Shown: positions 1 through 13,969 of the stretch, in pieces | How the letters are laid out: the number at the start of each line of letters is the position of its first letter | Numbering within the stretch: position 1 is the stretch's first letter | Assembly: GCA_034780895.1 (NCBI GenBank) | Contig: JAUZTB010000087.1 | Span: forward strand, 30,731,204-30,795,203 | Direction of reading: 5' to 3' | Length of the DNA: 64,000 bases | Origin: Rhynchobatus australiae | Taxonomy: Eukaryota | The notes under the pieces: model-generated | Seen by the model: the letters and a program-made list of their open reading frames with translations, nothing else | Databases searched by the model: none | What the model was told of the DNA's origin: nothing | Program-made: the position numbers and the translations under genes

Positions 1-36
1 TGCGTCTGTACTAGGATTAGTTTCCAACTACACAGC

Positions 37-115
37 ATGTCTGAGAACAAGAAAAAGGACACAGGAAAAAAGAAGGGTGAAAGACGTGGTAAAGGAAAGG
101 GAAGAAAACAAAAAG
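37..115 (+). CDS. NRG2: Neuregulin type I-like first coding exon (MSENKKKDTGKKKGERRGKGKGRKQK + 1 nt)
   Basis: ATG at 37-39, 26 open codons plus G, then donor GTAAT at 116 (phase 1). The MSE + Lys/Arg/Gly-rich peptide resembles the NRG1 type I N-terminus (MSERKEGRGKGKGKK) and the short NRG2/Don-1 N-terminus as remembered. G + CT at 15379 gives an in-frame Ala. Confidence 0.8.
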
Positions 116-3084
116 GTAATTAATTTGAAACATGTCTCTTTAATGTCAGTGAAGGAACTAATATATTGCAATTCCTCTCACTGCTTTTTAAGGTTGCACC
201 CTTTTGCAAAAGTGGACATGTTACTGCATATCAAATCGTTTTGATTCTATGAAAATTGGATGTGTTTTAGCATGCAAAACATGCATGTAACACTTGTGTT
301 ATTTTGACAGCCTTGAGAGATAAAGCTTGCAACATATAAAATGGTAATTTTTTGTAAAGGTCTTAGTGGAATATTTAAGTAGCTGTTTACACAAAACACA
401 TTCTGAAAATTACTCTCTTGAACTGGAAGAAAAGGAAATAAATGCAGCACATGCTGTTCAGTTCGCAAAGATGTTTGTTGAAATGTGGGCAGAGTTCCCT
501 CTTTAAGAGTAATCTGACACACTGTAAAGTCCATGTTCCATTGTAGTATCTGGAAAGAGAGCTTGGCTCAAGTACATGGATTTATTTNNNNNNNNNNNNN
601 NNNNNNNNNNNNNNNNNNNNNNNNNNNNNNNNNACTTTATTTAAAAAAAACTTGAGTGTAAAATGTCACTCTGAATTCAAGTTAACCTCTTCCACCGTTA
701 TATTGACAAGAACATAATAATTGTAACTTATAATCTCGGTGAAAGTTTGACTTGTAGCTAGTTTCCTTTAGAAGAGTCAGTGTGCTTGAAGGAGGGCAGA
801 TACTGTGTGCATGTTTAAATGTACCATGTCTGCAAAACATCAAGTTAAAGATCTTGCTTTATGTGTTCTTAGCTTCTGTGCTGTTGATGATTTTATAACT
901 ATTTGCTTTCAGATGTTTAAGATAAAGTTTATCAAAGGAATTTTACATTATGTGGTTGAATTTGAACAATATGATTTTTTAGTGATGTGTGATTTTCAAG
1001 CTGAATATATTTTCAAATGCAACGTAATTGATTTAATGGATCACTATTTAGAGAATGCACCTATCCATCTCGGTGTTGATAACTGAACGTGTAACGCCTT
1101 TCTGCATCTAGGTTTACAGAATGCTGTTCTTACTGCTTCACTCTTGGTTAGCAAAGCATCAGTTAAAGTGAATGGATTACATTCTACTTCAGCAGTCCCT
1201 CAGGATTGAAAGTGGCCTCCTTCCACTCAAGCTTTTGGGTTCTGAGGTGACTGATAAGGGACTTGCAAACTCCCCCACATATGGGGCAGGAGATGCCAGA
1301 TGGGACAGGTGGGTGAATAGTTTGTGCTCCTGCTGCTGGGCTCGAGTTTCTCAGTGTCATTTCAAATGCTCCTTGTCCATTCCCAGCAGTCATGGACCTG
1401 GGATTCCCAGTGGTTAACATGTCCACAGGACACATCCAAAGTAATATCATTGTAGGTGTGTAACTGCTCCCAGCCTAGTATCAATACAGCTATGTGGCTG
1501 GTTGCTGGGTGGTAAATGAAACCAGCCCGATGTAGACACACCAATCTCCAAGGGGAAGTACTTGAATTTGGCTGAGATTGACAACTCAGTTAACAGACAG
1601 CCTCTGACCCTCAATGATCCTGCCTATTGGGCTCTAGTGTGCTGACACACTCTATGGTCCTTTCTGTGGCTGTGTGCCATGACTTCAAAAGACTTTAGAT
1701 TATTGAAAATCCAGTCGCATTCAGATTTATTAATCTAGCTGCACCATCTAGTAATAAAATAAGTAAAATGAAGACTCAAAAGTGGATTTGTTGAAAGCAA
1801 GGAAATGTGGTTTCTGTGCCAGGAGATTTTAAAGGAGATCTCAGCCTGCTGTAGTTTCTTGCTTTTGAATCAGCATCTGGTCCTCCTGCTCATATCAACA
1901 TTTTCCCTTTTAATTCCCTCACTGCCAAGCTTGTAGGCCAATTCCATCCCTTGATTCCATGCATAGTATTGAATGCTTGCTAATGTATCCCTAGATGGAG
2001 GTAAGCAATAAAATCTGAAACTCAGTTTGTCTGGTTTATGTCCAAATGCATGACACAAGGCAGTGAGCTTTGTAACAGCTGATATTATCAGCTAAGGTAT
2101 ATGTACTGAAATGAGAGTGTGTGAAAACTCTTAAATGTCAAACGGCTTGCTCACAATAATATTTCTGCTGCCAAAAGTGTCATTGAGAGCAAGACTTCAA
2201 AATGCAAGTTTCTTGCCTATGTCCACAGCCAGAATCAAAATGCAATGCATTAAGGTAACAACAAGGCACCATTCTTGGGTTGTATTCAGAGAAGATGCAC
2301 TTTGTACAGTTATTTGTGATCGTATGCACTCATACAAGTAAGCAGGATTTTGAAATCAAAGTTTTTCTCTGATTTCATCTAGCTATTTACCTGAAATAAC
2401 CTAACTTAATGTGTTCATATTAATTTTGGAACAAATTACTGGTTGAAACTATTGACACTAATCTTTCTTGTTGCTGGTAAACTAGTGCCCAGCAATTGAA
2501 TCCATTTAACGCACACATAAAAAGCAAAATCAGTCAGCAGACATCCCACCCTTTGAGCATTTGGACTGGGAAATCTTTGGGTATCCTTGATCCTAATGCA
2601 GGATTGAAGCATTGTGGATTAGAGGCTGGGAAAAGGGGGGAGAAAAGTACGGTTGGCAGTCAAACAAGGAAGGATAGAAATGGTGTCTGCAATTGCCCTT
2701 GGGCGGAAACAGTAATGGGAAAGGTCTACCTGGGGTGGGGTTGTGAATGGCGGCTCATTTTCTTACAATCCAGCATCTGGAGGTATGCTCTATCAGTACA
2801 CATTGAAGTAGGCACTCTTGATGTTTAGATTTAACAGACCACGGCTGACACTGGTCTGTGTTGCCATTGGGGGAACATTTTGAGGTGGGAACTCAATTAA
2901 ACATTAGAGTCCTATTTCTATATACAGCATCAATAATAACTTTTGGACGTGGGTCCTGGACAAAAATCTTTCTTCCTCTCCCAATAAAATGGGTGATACC
3001 TAACAGACTCAAACTGTAATGCTGTCTCTGTCAAAGAGTGCAACAGTAGGGACATATTAATAGGGTGACACAAGAGACTGTAGA

Positions 3085-3190
3085 TAGTCCTCATGCAGGG
3101 TTTCAACCTGAACCGTCGACAATTCCTCTCCCACAGTCCCTCCCCCCAGATGCTGCTCGACCCACTGAGTCCCTCCACCAGATTGTGCTC
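3085..3190 (+). mobile_element. Penelope-like element terminal remnant
   Basis: agggtttcaacctgaaccgtcgac...cagatgctgctcgacccactgagtccctccacc is the same terminal motif seen at 15070-15160 and 31535-31575. Confidence 0.55.
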
Positions 3191-5796
3191 CATATTTATT
3201 TTATAGGGCATCTTGCTGAATAGTTCCAGGGTTAGCATTACAAAGATGAAGATTGGAGACATCACTCTACTGATTAGATGTGGATTATGCATTGTTGGAA
3301 ACCAAGGTTGAAACCTACAATTTTGTAGAATTAAGGCACTTTTCAAAAATTAAAATCTAACATGTAGATATATTGCACACTGAATTATTTGCTTATATTT
3401 TGAGAGACTTCCCAATTTGTTCAAAATATCTCCATTAATCACATGACTATAACTGAGGTCGACTGCTTGTTGGAATGTTGTGTAACATAATGCACCCTCA
3501 AGACCAAAAACGTTAATGGGTTTAAAAGATATTCAAGAAGGAAACCACATTGTATATTTTTTTTATTTTGAAACAGCAGCCAAAGTCTAACATCTGATGT
3601 AAATATATTTGCCTAATAAGAAAATCTACATCAGAATCAACTGCGTTTTTCCACTAGTTGTTAAAGAATATTAAGAGCCAATATTTAGAGAGGGCTTTTT
3701 GCATTTTCATTCTGTAGCAAAATGTGACAAAGACAATGACAAATGGCAATATTGCTTTTAACACAGCTAACTATTTGTGCACAGCAAGGTATCTACCATT
3801 AGTAGTGGGATTAATGGCCCATTAATCTGCTTGGTGGTGGTCTTTGAAAGTTGAATGGTGACTAGGGCTCGAAGAGAACCCAGTACTCTGTGGAAAAAGT
3901 GCTGTGGGATCTTTTGCATCCATCCAAGGAGTAAGACTGGGCCTCGATTTAATGAGTCTTGGCTAGCTGCATGGACTTAGAACTGTAGATCATTTGTTTG
4001 TTGCCTGAAAAATGGGCAGCCATAAGTGACTGCTGAAGAGGGCAGGTTTGGCAAGTCCATAATGTCCAATGCGAATCTGATGCAATTTTTACCCAGTCCT
4101 GTAGATTTATGAGAACCATGCAGAAGACAGCTTAATTATGCAAATCATGTTCCCCTCCACCTCCTACCATTTGTTCCTCACCCACAGACCTGACATGCTG
4201 GGCAGATCTGCCAGTGAGTGGGGTATTTTGCTTCTCCGGGATTATGGAGTTACCCCACAGTTGTTTTTTTTTTGGTGCCTGCAGCTCCATAATTTTAATG
4301 CCAAGGCCTCGAAATGCTTCGGACTTCCACTGGCACAGCCAATGTGCTTGCACCATCAACAGTCTCATGCTCAATATTAGCATTTTTTCAAAATTCCCCA
4401 AAAGTCTCATCAAAAGTCTGCTCCTTTAACAAGTCAACATTTCAGAGAAATAACAGCCTCGATTCATGAAGTGATTTTTGAACCCATGACTTTCTGACTT
4501 GGGGTCAGAGTGCTATCATTGGATGAAATTGGCACCGAAGAAGAAGTGGTGGCTGCAGAAATCAGTGGAATAAGAATATACAAGGCTTTAATTTGCTTGG
4601 TCAACAAAAGATTTCCTGACACTTACACAACTTGAGGCATTGATCTTTTTAGACGAGCCACTATCACATTATGGAATTTCTGACTGTTTGACGAAGGAAG
4701 GAATGGGATGAAAGTACATTAATTTAGATTCTTTTGGACAATAGAGGTTCATTTAAAACAGCTCAGTCAATATTTACGTGTGAGATGTTGGATTTACTCT
4801 ATTCATTTGAAGTCAGCTGGGGTTCATTGCCAGGAGTTCTCACCTGGAGAGTGGCAGTTCTATTTGATTGGAAGCACTGCTCGTGATCCCCAGACACACT
4901 GAGCTGGGAGATAAACATCCCTGGAAAAATTCAGAAGATTAGACAGCAACTGTGAGGAAAGGATCAAGTTAACCTTTCAGGAACACAGCCATCTTTTTTC
5001 AGATCAGCTTCATGTTGCTGAAATGTTAACTCTTCTTTCTGTTTTTCCACAAGAACAGCTCAACCTACTGCTTTCAGTTTTCAACAGTTTTTATATCAAA
5101 TTTCTGTTATGTAAAATGTTATATGTTTTATTTCAGGGGATATGGAGATGGTTAGAGGTTAATCTCTTGGCTTCCTACCCTGCTAAGAACTGAAAGAGCA
5201 AAGACATCTGGTTAGGGATGTCCAGCTTAAAAGAGAGAAAGTCCTCTATTGTAAGGACAGCTTTCAGAAGCTCAAGGAGCCTTTAACTTAGAAGTGTGCA
5301 CTTCCAGGGGCATTATGGAACAAATAACTTTTAAAATGCAAGATTCATAAAAATAAGTTAAAGTAAAGTGAGATTTACTATGAAACGTTGCTCATTTTGT
5401 AGAATAGATCAGCCTGTTGATCCATTATTGTGTCAATAAAATATCAGCCTGCCTTTCAGAGGAATGGAGAAGCTTACATAATAGACCAGATGGAATTAAA
5501 TATCTTGTTCATACAACAGTGTCTTTTATTGTTACAATTCTGGGTGAATAACAGGTAACTAGATATCGGGCTGTATGTTGATCTCCACATTGTAAGGGGT
5601 TCAGGATCCACTTACCAGGAACACTAAACCCAGGGGAGCATCCAGTACTGACTAGAAATTTCTTATTGGAACTTAAGTTTGGTCAATTTTTTCTTTCTTT
5701 CATCCTTTCTCCATGGGCTCTATATTTTAAAACACAGTTTATCTGCATCTTCTGATAATAAATCTAAAGCCAAAGGAAATCTCCTAAAGCCATGGT

Positions 5797-5878
5797 TTCT
5801 GCTTACTGACTAACTGAATTTTTTTCTGCTTACTGACTTACTGACATGGTGCTGACTGACTAACTGAATTTTTTCAGC
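5797..5878. repeat. Local tandem duplication
   Basis: tttctgcttactgact occurs twice and tgactaactgaatttttt occurs twice within about 80 nt. Confidence 0.75.
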
Positions 5879-5974
5879 TTTTCCTGCTTTCCATTTAAAT
5901 TTTCATCATTAATTCTTGCTCAAACTTAATCATAATTGGTACATATCTATGTGCTGCAAGCCATTTAAGACCAT

Positions 5975-6340
5975 AGACCCATTAGAACTAGGAACAGGAG
6001 TAGACCATTTAGCCCACTGAGCCTATTCTGCTATTAAATAACATCATGGCTGATCCCATCCCCCAACCCTTGATTTGCTTAGCAATTAAAAGCTGAAATA
6101 GATTAAATTTCTTTATATTAAAGGATTCCACAGCTTTCTGGAGCAAGGAATTTCAAAGACTCGTTTTCCTTTGAGAGGGGAAATTATTCAACATCCCTGT
6201 CTTAAATGTCTGTGCCCTTATTAGTGAGACCATGTCCTCTGATCTTCGACTCTCCCGAGGCATTTCCCAGTATTCGCCCTGTTCAGTCCCCTAATGTACT
6301 GTATGTCTCAAAAAATTGCCTGTCATTCTTCTGACTCCTT
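5975..6340 (-). mobile_element. CR1 LINE 3' remnant
   Basis: agaactaggaacaggagtagaccatttagccc...catcatggctgatc is typical of a reverse-oriented CR1 3' end. A similar piece sits at ~12860-12910. Confidence 0.55.
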
Positions 6341-9300
6341 TCTATGTGTTGCAGAGTGGGGGGAGGAAAGATTGCAATACTAAACAGACCACTTTTACTT
6401 TTTGGTGATGCAATTGATGATTTTCTTGAAATGGAATTACTCATTGAGCTCCACTTACATTTTGCACAATTACACAACCCATTATTTAAAAGCAATCCAG
6501 TGCTCCATAACTAATTAATGAGAAAGGCTTGCAGATTGGAATGGGTTTGTAAATTCCTGGATCCAAATTGGAAAAGAAAAGCATTAACTAATTGCTTTCT
6601 TNNNNNNNNNNNNNNNNNNNNNNNNNNNNNNNNNNNNNNNNNNNNNNNNNNNNNNNNNNNNNNNNNNNNNNGACTGAATTTTATTTACTGACTGCCTTCA
6701 GACATTATTGCAATTGCCTCAACTCATTGTCAATTAAGACTCCCCTTCATAGTTTCCATAATTATTATTTCCTTTAATTAAGTGAATTGTCAATGGTTAA
6801 ATTTTTCCCCATGTGAAGTACTTTGGTCCAGGAATGTCTCCATGGTTGGTGGATTGTTAAGAGTAAGATACTTGGAATTTAAGGAATTGAAACGTGAGAT
6901 GTGAAAAAAGAACAGATGGAATATTTTCCTTATGTCAGGAGAATGGGTTTGCAAGAACAAAGATATTTAGCTAATCTTGTTGACAAATCACTAAAATGTT
7001 GGAGCTGAGGAGCCTAGTGGATTATCGAACTTTATCCAAGAAGGTTGGAGTTCAAAACCTTCAGTGATCTGGTAATGTACATCAGTTTTAAACACTATAC
7101 ATGAAGGATGTATTGATTCTGGAAAAAGTGTAGCACAGTTTCACCAGAGTTCAAAAAGTTAAGTTCCAATCAGCTTCTAGGAGCTGAATGGTTTATCCCT
7201 AACTCTAATCCATTTAGCATATTGAACAGGAGGTTCTAAGTCAGACCATCAAAGGGACAGTAGTGGTGGCATTTCCCATGCAGTGAGTTCTATTAATCAA
7301 TCAAACATATTTTCATAGGTTCCGACTAGATTTATTTAAGATACATACATTTCCGAAGGAAATATAATAAAGGCCTCTTGGATATCCACTGTCTTCTTAT
7401 CAAGCACCTTTTTTATTCCTCAGAAACAAAGCCAGAAAATTTCAATGGTGAAATTTCCCTCATGAAGCCCTATCGCCTTCCATTATTTCTATCCGGATAT
7501 TCCATGGTCTTGTCTATCATAGCAGTTTCCATGAGTTTATTCACAATGGATGTTACTATCTAGTTTTCTGAAACCCATTTGTGACTCAGTTTTTCCAAGC
7601 TGTACGGTGCCTTGACAGCTAATTCCATCTTAATTCTGTGCCATCTTATTTGTGGCATTAAATGTCCTTTCTCTCTACTTTAAAGTGCTTTGTAGTCTCC
7701 CTTATGCAGGTAGAAGCTGTTTTGCTTGGTATCTTTACTCTCCCTGGATATTCAGAATCAAATTCTTGCATGAATGCTATAATTCCTCTATGACTAACCT
7801 GTCTAGCCATACTAACAAGACTTCTGAAGATTGATTGCTTTAATTGTATTAAGGTACTTGCAAACTCACCTGTCTTTGTAACATGTTATATGATTACATT
7901 GTGATCATTGGTACTTAATGTCCCACCTATCTCTGTGCTTGGGTTCTATATTTTTTCTCTATAACTTGTAGTCAAATCAGATGTTCTCTACCCTTACTGA
8001 ATTCTTTAACAATCTGAGTCATATACAAATTTCCATGCACCCTGGAAACCTGTTCCCTACCTTGTCGATAGAAATATTCCAATCAATTACTGGTTGTTAT
8101 CTCCAAAAATTGAATTATCATTCTTTATTCATCCCAAACCTGACCTCTATATCCATAGTATCTTCTCACTTGACAATACATTTTATGAAGAAATGGGACC
8201 GAGTTACATCAAATTTTGGGGGCCCAATCCTTAAAAGGCAAAGGTACCTAAATGCATTCAATTTGAAATCAGGACACTTTTGGACATGTAGAACAGCCAC
8301 TCTTCTGCATGCTTAAGATCCTTAGGAGCATTTGGATCCTTTTGGAAAGTGGGCTGCTTTAAGCACAATCAGCAATCTTAAGTTTTCTAGGTGAGATTGT
8401 GGTTTAATTATTGGTTGCCACTGCATGGGCATTTTGTTTAATGCATATGGTAACAGGAAGAGCAGGAATATTAACATCCTCTGGCTGTAATCTACTCCCC
8501 TCATGCCATTCTTCCTCCCAAGTCATTAATCCATTGTCCTGGCAGGTACCTAAGAATCACTGCTGGAAAGTTTGTTTCAGAAGATGAAGACTGATATGAC
8601 ATGTCTACCTAGAAATGGGTGTAGTTGATATGCACTCTGTTACCCCCTGCTTATAATTTTACAGCTGTTATATGTTCTTTTCTGCTTTATTTAGATGGGC
8701 TCTATGTATTGTCTATAGACGTCTTTACTCCAATGAAAATGGCTATAGTTTGAAGAACTGGAATCTTGATTCCATATAGTNNNNNNNNNNNNNNNNNNNN
8801 NNNNNNNNNNNNNNNNNNNNNNNNNNNNNNNNNNNNNNNNNNNNNNNNNNNNNNNNNNNNNNNNNNNNNNNNNNNNNNNNCCATATAGTGAGATGTCAGT
8901 CATCCATCATTTTGCCTGTTATTTTCTGCTTCTCATTGCTAGCTGGTTGCAATTGTAGTATTTCAGAAAATATTGCACTTCAACTTCTTAAATATCAGAG
9001 CTAATATGCTAAGTTTAGCGAGAAGAATCTCCATTGTGCTGGTACCGGTGTCGTTTTTTTCAGTGTGGTTGATAACGATTGTTTATTCACCTCCATCTGC
9101 AAGAATTCTTTCAGCTGGGGTCATAGATCCTCAACCATTGAATCCTGGAGGAAATGAATGTATTCTTACCGGGTTCTGCTTCCACAAACAGGCTAATCAA
9201 ATTCCTTAATATTATATCTTGTTTCTATCCTCACCCTCCTGACATAGTGTTGGATTGACTCATTGAATGGCTTTATCCTGCCTGTTGCAGTCTCTTGCCA

Positions 9301-10859
9301 TTGTCTCTTGAAAGAAAAGAGATAGCAGCAAAAAGAGTATTTCACCACCCAATTGTGACTTCTGACTCCTACTCCAGGTACTGTGTTTGGGTCTTCCACA
9401 CTGGTCCTGAATGTGCTCATCCCAAATGCCAGAATATGGAGGCAAACAACTCAACTTCTACAAGACATAAATTCTTCCATCCTCAGGCAACACTAAAATG
9501 TTAATCTTGTTTGAATTTTCTTTAAAAAAAACTTCAGCAAAAATGAAAGGCAAATCCTTTTCATTTAATTTTTTTACTCTTCTCTTTCTCCCTTTCCTTT
9601 TTTGTCTTTACCCCAGGGCGGCACAACATGGTGGGCCGAAAGGCCTGTATTGTGCTGTATTGTTCTATGATTCCATTAATTTTTAAAAGTTATGAAATTG
9701 TAGGGACAGGAAAATCAGATACCATGTTTAATGGGCATAATATGCATTACTACACAACTACCAGAATTGAATTAACTGGCCATCTATCTAATTGCCATTT
9801 TGTAGTGTTGCTGTGTACAAACTGAACATTATGGTTCCTTAAAAGGATATCTAATCTTCAAAAACATTGCCAAGGATTTAGTGGTCAGTGGTGAAACAAT
9901 AGGATTCACCACNNNNNNNNNNNNNNNNCACAAAGATCTGATAAATAACACATAAAAAAAACTTGAAAAAAAATTAAACTCGTCAGATTTTGAAACATTC
10001 ATTTGGTGAATTATAATGTCCTACATCAAATTATGATTTTACAGTGTTTGTCAACCTTTGATTAAAGCTTATCATGGTATCAAAAGTAACAAAGAGTAAT
10101 GTTTTTAGGGTATTTTGTAGTGAGTATAATTTGTAAATAGTTGGACCTTGAAGTCTTTGCTGGTGGGAAAGGTGTATTAAGTACAGAGGAAGAAGTGGGC
10201 CAATGCATGTTTTTTTGCAAGGGTTCACCACAACAAAATTTTGCAAACCTCAAGACATTGTTGTTCTAATATTGCAGAGTAAAACAGATGAGTCATTGGC
10301 CTGTATTCAATATTGCGAATGTGGAAGGCTGGGGTGACAGATAGTTCTAGGCATTAGTCAGATGTATGTATACTCAGGAAGTGAAGGTCAAGATGGAATA
10401 TTGGGGGATGGGTGGAGGATCAGGTTTGTAGTTTGCTTGTAGTGATGGGATGATTAGTGACAATCAAATTAGAGGGCTTCAGGGACAGCTGCTGTGAGGG
10501 GTGTTTTTTTTCCCCAAATAACATACTTGATTCATAACATTTGCCAACACATGATATAGGACATTCTCATGTTGACTTCTGCAGCACCAGTAATATTCCA
10601 TTTGCCAACCAGATTTACATCAATTTTTATTTCATCAAATACCACATTNNNNNNNNNNNNNNNNNNNNNNNNNNNNNNNNNNNNNNNNNNNNNNNNNNNN
10701 NNNNNNNNNNNNNNNNNNNNNNNNNNNNNNNNNNNNNNNNNNNNNNNNACATCAATTTTTATTTCATATTTGTTCAAATGAGCAAGAAATCTAGGCTCCA
10801 ATCCTTCAATGTACAGAGGTGAAGAGTGCCTTAAAATGTGGCTTTTACCCATAGGGTAT

Positions 10860-11450
10860 TTGTGGCAGCCCCACGAAGCTTTTGGAATGTGCCAGTCTGC
10901 AACATTCGGTTATGGAATGCAAGTAAGCAAGAATGCATTGCAAGAAAGCAAGTTTTGGCCAGGCTTGAGGGTGTCTTCCACTAAGTGGATAATCTTCCAA
11001 CAGTAGTTTATGTGTATTTGATTGAGTATCTGTGGGAATAGCAAGTAGAACACAGTCCTGCATTCTGTAGCTGTTCAGGATAAATGTCTGCATCTTTTTC
11101 CAGGCCACTTTGTAAGCACACATTCAAGAAGAAGGCGAATAACAATCTCATCCTTGCCACAACTGCCCCAAGAGCAGTATGTGATGCCAGTGGTATTTGG
11201 GCTTTGCCTGAAGCATTTAATGGGGAGTGCCCTTCTCTCAGTCAGCCAAGCAAGGTCATGGTGCTTATTTAACATGCACCATGTACTGGGTAGAGCAAAG
11301 AGACAAGGTGAAGCAGAAACTGAGATTGTGGGAGCTGTGCTCTTTCTCGATTGTGGGAAAGAATCTAGTGATTAGATACAAGGTGTTCTCAATGATGCCG
11401 TACACGGTGTGGCCCATATCCCACTCCTGCAGTGCAGCATCACTTGAGCT
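10860..11450 (-). mobile_element. Tx1/L1-like LINE remnant (C-terminal zinc-binding region)
   Basis: The minus ORF LNKHHDLAWLTERRALPIKCF...CSWGSCGKDEIVIRLLLEC resembles the zf-RVT-type C-terminus and is homologous to the copy at 23700-24450. Confidence 0.6.
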
Positions 11451-11850
11451 TTCATTTCATTTGGAGACTGAAAATGGGTTGTGTCTAATAAGACATGATA
11501 TGGAAATCTCCAGAGAATGAGAGTGAGAAATATATTCAATGTAGCCCTCATCTTGATGCCTCTCTTTGTTTGTGGCTGCATCAGACTATGCATAGACCCT
11601 GCTTATGTAAATATATCAATGTGCTAAATTTTCCTCTGTTCCCAGAGATGGGAAGGAGGGATCTGGCAGAATTGCAGTCTTCCAGCTCAGTGTAATAAGT
11701 CCCAGATCATTTGTAGCCACCCGCTTTCTGAAAAAAATCTATCAGATTATCCATGTAACTATTATGCTATGTGAATTTCAAGCCCTCCAAAGTTTTGTCA
11801 ATGAGTGCCCTTCACTCCATTTCAGAAGGTCCCAAAATGCTTTTGAGTCA

Positions 11851-11980
11851 AAAATCAAAGAGTGCAGATGCTGGAAATCTGAAATAAAGACAGAAAATGC
11901 TCTTTATACTCAATGGGTCAAATAGCAACTGTGAAGAGAGAATCAGCTTTATTGAGTTAATCAGACCTCTCATCAGAAAT
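11851..11980 (-). mobile_element. Penelope-like element terminal remnant
   Basis: tgcagatgctggaaatctgaaataaagacagaaaatgct...acctctcatcagaa; the minus strand reads TTCTGATGAGAGGT. Confidence 0.55.
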
Positions 11981-13044
11981 CAAACAATATTTTTGAAGTC
12001 TGTTTCTTTTGTAATGTTGGTAAATAATAATTTATTTTGCTTGGTGTGGAGAAGGCTGCAAAACAGTGCAGTCTGTAAAGGAAGTTGTTAACACTGACAA
12101 TTTCAGGATCCTCTGTAATCCTGAAGTTCCTGCCTATTTCGTGCTTTATAATGACTGTTGCTGATTTTTTTTTTGCTGGAATCATAACTGCAAAGTTTGG
12201 GCCATTTTACCATCTGTGATGTGCTTTCTACTTTCCTGAGGACGAGAGAGTTCAGCATAAGGGAGGTGAAAGAGCATCATTTGGGGGTGGGGGTGGGGCA
12301 GTGAACAAAGTACTCTTCCATGGAGCAGCAAGGAAATCCAAATGGCATGGGCAGGGTGCAGGGAAGGAAGAGGGGATCAGTGTCCAGCAGTCTGAGTTAT
12401 TTACCAAGTATGTTCTGAACACTTATTCAAATTACCAACAGTGCAGCACCTAAGCCATCTTTGGGCAGTCTTTCATCAGGGATATGCAGAGGATTAGAAG
12501 AGCTGCATGCTACATGGGTTATCTTTCAAGGTTATCCATTCATGCTGGGGCAGGGAAGACAGTCAAAGCATAAAGCAGCCTTACATCAGAGGAGTAGGAT
12601 GCAGTCAGCTGAAGTTAAAGCTCGAGAGTTCCGCATTAAGATACAGTAATTACTTGGACTGGTCACATGAACAAGGCCAGTTATGTGACCTGGAATGTAA
12701 TCCCAATATCACCCTCCATCATCCTGTAATTAAAAGAGGATACTGGGCAAATCTTGAATTAATAAAATTAATAATGCAGAACACACAGAGAAATAAAAAG
12801 GGCAATGAATTTGCTGGATAGAAGACAGAAAATAAATGCATCAGGGAATGATTAATAAGAACATCAGAACTAGAACCGGAAGTTGGCCATTCAGGAAGAT
12901 CATGGCTGCACTTTGACTTCAGCACCACTTTTCTTGATGTCCTTTATACCTGAAAAGATAGCTTTCTTATAGAATACATTCCACTGAGATGTGGAGCAAG
13001 GGCTGATAGATGGGATTGAGTTGCAGGTGATCATGGGTGTTTCA

Positions 13045-13355
13045 GTGGTGCAGCAAGTGGAACTGTTGATTTGGGCTTAACCCTGACCTCTGGTGCTGTC
13101 TGTACAGAGTTTGCACATTCTTCACGTGATCATATGGGTTTACTCTGGGTGCTCTGGATCCTCTCACATCCCAAAGGCATGTTGGTTTGTAGGTTGGCTT
13201 CTAAAAATTGCCCTCAGTGTGTAGGTGGATGGTAGAATCTGAAGGGAATTGATGGGAATGTGGGGAGGATAGGTTACAGACAATTTGTGGAGAAATGGGA
13301 TTGCTCAGTGAGCCAGTATAGACTTGAGGGGCCAAAATAGCCTTCATCTATATTG
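13045..13355 (+). mobile_element. HE1-like tRNA-derived V-SINE (decayed)
   Basis: Central domain gagtttgcacattcttcacgtgatcatatgggtttactctgggtgctctggatcctctcacatcccaaag, then aaattgccctcagtgtg and a CR1-like tail. Homologous to 58538-58810. Confidence 0.75.
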
Positions 13356-13969
13356 TAAGGATAACTTATTGTTAGATTATTCAGTTTACTAAAAAGTAAT
13401 TTGTATTCATCATGCCGTTGTATGTAAATAATAGAGACTGACTGCCTTATACATATCATTTCTGTTAGCTTATCATGTGAATAAGAATGAATTTATAGGG
13501 ATGAAATTCAACTTATACTGTGTAATCAGAGTGGTACACACTCTACTCAATATTAAACTCATTTTCATTGTGAAGGAAAATCAGTGGGAAACAGCCAATT
13601 AACTTCTCTTCATTTAGCACATCTGGCAGGATCTAATTTCACCAAAGTAGAATCTCTATTTCAGACTGTAACTTTACTTTTAGATGCTTTGTGGTACAGA
13701 TTGTTTTATAGCTGCAGCGGTCAACAGTGAGCGAGGGGACGCATTTGTTTTTGATCTGGTTTCTATGATTCCACACACTTCAAGGCAATCTGCTCAATTC
13801 TACGGGAGAAAATTTTCAGTATGGGAATAATATTGATGTGTAAATCTGTTGTTACTGACAGAAAGTTTAAGAATTAAGTTGCAGCATGCCAGTGGAATAT
13901 TCACCTGTGCAACCCAGTTACTGAAATAATAATTCACTTTCAGTCAGTGCATACATTAAGTGAACATGT

